This document shows, piece by piece, positions 62,391 to 64,000 of a stretch of 64,000 nt of DNA (within the stretch, counting starts at the first letter, position 1; each line of letters begins with the position of its first letter). The notes beneath the pieces were generated by a model that was given only the letters and a program-made list of their open reading frames with translations, did no database searches and had not been told where the DNA came from. Position numbers and translations under genes: made by a program. The stretch comes from Isurus oxyrinchus. Lineage: Eukaryota. The stretch is taken from assembly GCA_026770705.1 (NCBI GenBank), contig JANJGN010000026.1, positions 35,340,001 to 35,404,000 on the forward strand, in the 5' to 3' direction.

Positions 62391-62858
62391 ATGCGGCTAC
62401 TCAGCATCTGGGCTGTGTGGACAGCGATTCTGACAGGTAAACGTGAAGGGAATACACTTCATCTTTTCTCTCTTTTCTCAGGCATGTTTTCAATCAGATT
62501 TCAATAAGCTATCGGTCTTAACTTTACTGTTTTAATACATCTTTTCCAGGCGGGACTCATGGAGATTCTGTCACTCAGCCACTCTCATCAGATGTTAAGA
62601 CCGAAGGCGAAGAGGTGACTTTGAAATGTAACTATGATACTACAAGTGACAGCTATACGTTATACTGGTACCGGCAACACCCAGACACACAGCCCCAGTT
62701 TGTACTGTACAAGGATGATTATGGCAGTGAGAATAAAGCAGAATTTGCGAAAAGTCGTTTCTCTGTAAAGCTCCAGATCTCCACTAAATTCACCAGTTTA
62801 ACCATCTCGAGTCTGCAGCTGACTGACGCCGCCGTCTATTACTGCGCTTTCTGGGACG
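62391..62858 (+). CDS. TCR alpha/delta V gene (family A), apparently functional; leader 62391-62436, V exon 62550-62858
   Basis: MRLLSIWAVWTAILT|GGTHGDSVTQPLSSDVKTEGEEVTLKCNYDTTSDSYTLYWYRQHPDTQPQFVLYK...TDAAVYYCAFWD. RSS cacagtg/23/acaaaaact at 62859-62897. Confidence 0.92.
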
Positions 62859-63249
62859 CACAGTGATGAAAATCAGTCTCACCCCTGTACAAAAACTGCC
62901 TATGCACTGTTAGTGGGAACTCCAGTCTGTTGGGGTCTGTGTCGAATCTCGGGTAGATGAAGTGACAATGCTCAGCGGCGTTGCCAGCCGCTCAGACACA
63001 TAGCGACGCGAAACCACATTAACCTCGGATCAAACTGCCGCCCAACTGTTCCCAGGAGCGGCCCAGAAAATCAAACAAACTGCAGAATCCGATCGGGCAG
63101 ACAGACATGGAAGGGAATTTGACCTGACGTCCGATCCTCATTCGTTGTTCATTATCACCAGTAAATCAAGGTTAATGGAGGATGAGGGAGACATCTGCAA
63201 ACAGAATGCAAACCGAGGGCGATCTATGCTTGGTTCAGTAATCACAGGG

Positions 63250-63600
63250 CTGGACTGCACTAGCCATATAAATACTGTGGCTACAAGAGCTGGTCAGTGG
63301 CTAGGAATCCTGCGACGAGTAATTCACTCCCCTATTCACTAAAGTCTATCCACCTTCTGCAAGGTAAAAATCAGGAGTGTGATGGAATACTCCTCACTCG
63401 CCTGGATCGGTGCAGCTCCCAAAACACTCCAGAAGCTGGACACCGTTCAGGACAAAGCAGTCCGTTTAATTGGCACCACATTCACAAACATTCACTCCCT
63501 CCACCACCAAAGCACCGTCGCAGCAGTGTGTACCATATACAAGATGCACGGCAGGAATTCACGGAGGCTCATTCGACAGCACCTTCCGATAACAGATGGA
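63250..63600 (+). mobile_element. LINE fragment
   Basis: MEYSSLAWIGAAPKTLQKLDTVQDKAVRLIG...IYKMH. Confidence 0.85.
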
Positions 63601-64000
63601 TGGGAATACCAGCAAAAGTAGGACAGCAAAAGGTAAAAAAAAGATATAGAGACATTTCTGAAATTCAAGTTCGGTTTATATTGTGAGTTGAAATAAACTA
63701 CTCTAAATCCGGTACTGATTGTCACCTGTATTGAAAGGGAAAAATATAGATAAAGGAGTAGAGACTGGTTTCAAGGGAAGGCATCCCTGAAATTCATCGT
63801 GGAGCCTGAATTCTTCCTCCTCCTCATTGGTGTGAAGGAGCCCTCTTATGCGCACTGACTGGAATTCTCAGTGTGAGGCTTTCTACAGGCTCCTGGAAGA
63901 CATGTTCAATTGTTATTCATTCATGGGATATGGGCTTCGCTGGCTGGGCCAGCATTTATGACCTATGTGTAATTGCATTAGAAGTTGGTGGTAAGCTATC

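Overview
Eukaryotic genomic DNA, almost certainly from a cartilaginous fish (shark or ray). It is part of the V-gene array of a T-cell receptor alpha/delta locus. The 5' end holds a complete NAR-TCR-type cassette: leader + IgNAR-like V (RSS with 22-nt spacer), one D (12/12 RSS), one J (23 RSS), then a leaderless 'supporting' TCR-delta V. That supporting V has a CDR1 cysteine, a 1-nt frameshift in this sequence, and a tandem array of four 23-RSS-like units after it. A two-exon GPR139-like GPCR gene follows (9171-14952). After it lie about 19 conventional TCR V genes, pseudogenes and relics on both strands. Five look intact (21.9k, 28.1k, 32.7k, 35.1k, 62.5k). They arose by segmental duplication and are interspersed with CR1/L2-type LINE fragments, SINEs and microsatellites. 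No TCR constant exons or canonical TCR alpha/delta D/J array are in the window. Unusual features: one V family with a conserved 24-nt RSS spacer and a CTCF-like site about 20 bp past the nonamer; V genes flanked by back-facing copies of V promoter sequence; a tandemly duplicated motif-rich candidate enhancer; and a TG-spaced array of CTCF-like cores. All calls were made by eye. LINE and duplication boundaries are approximate.
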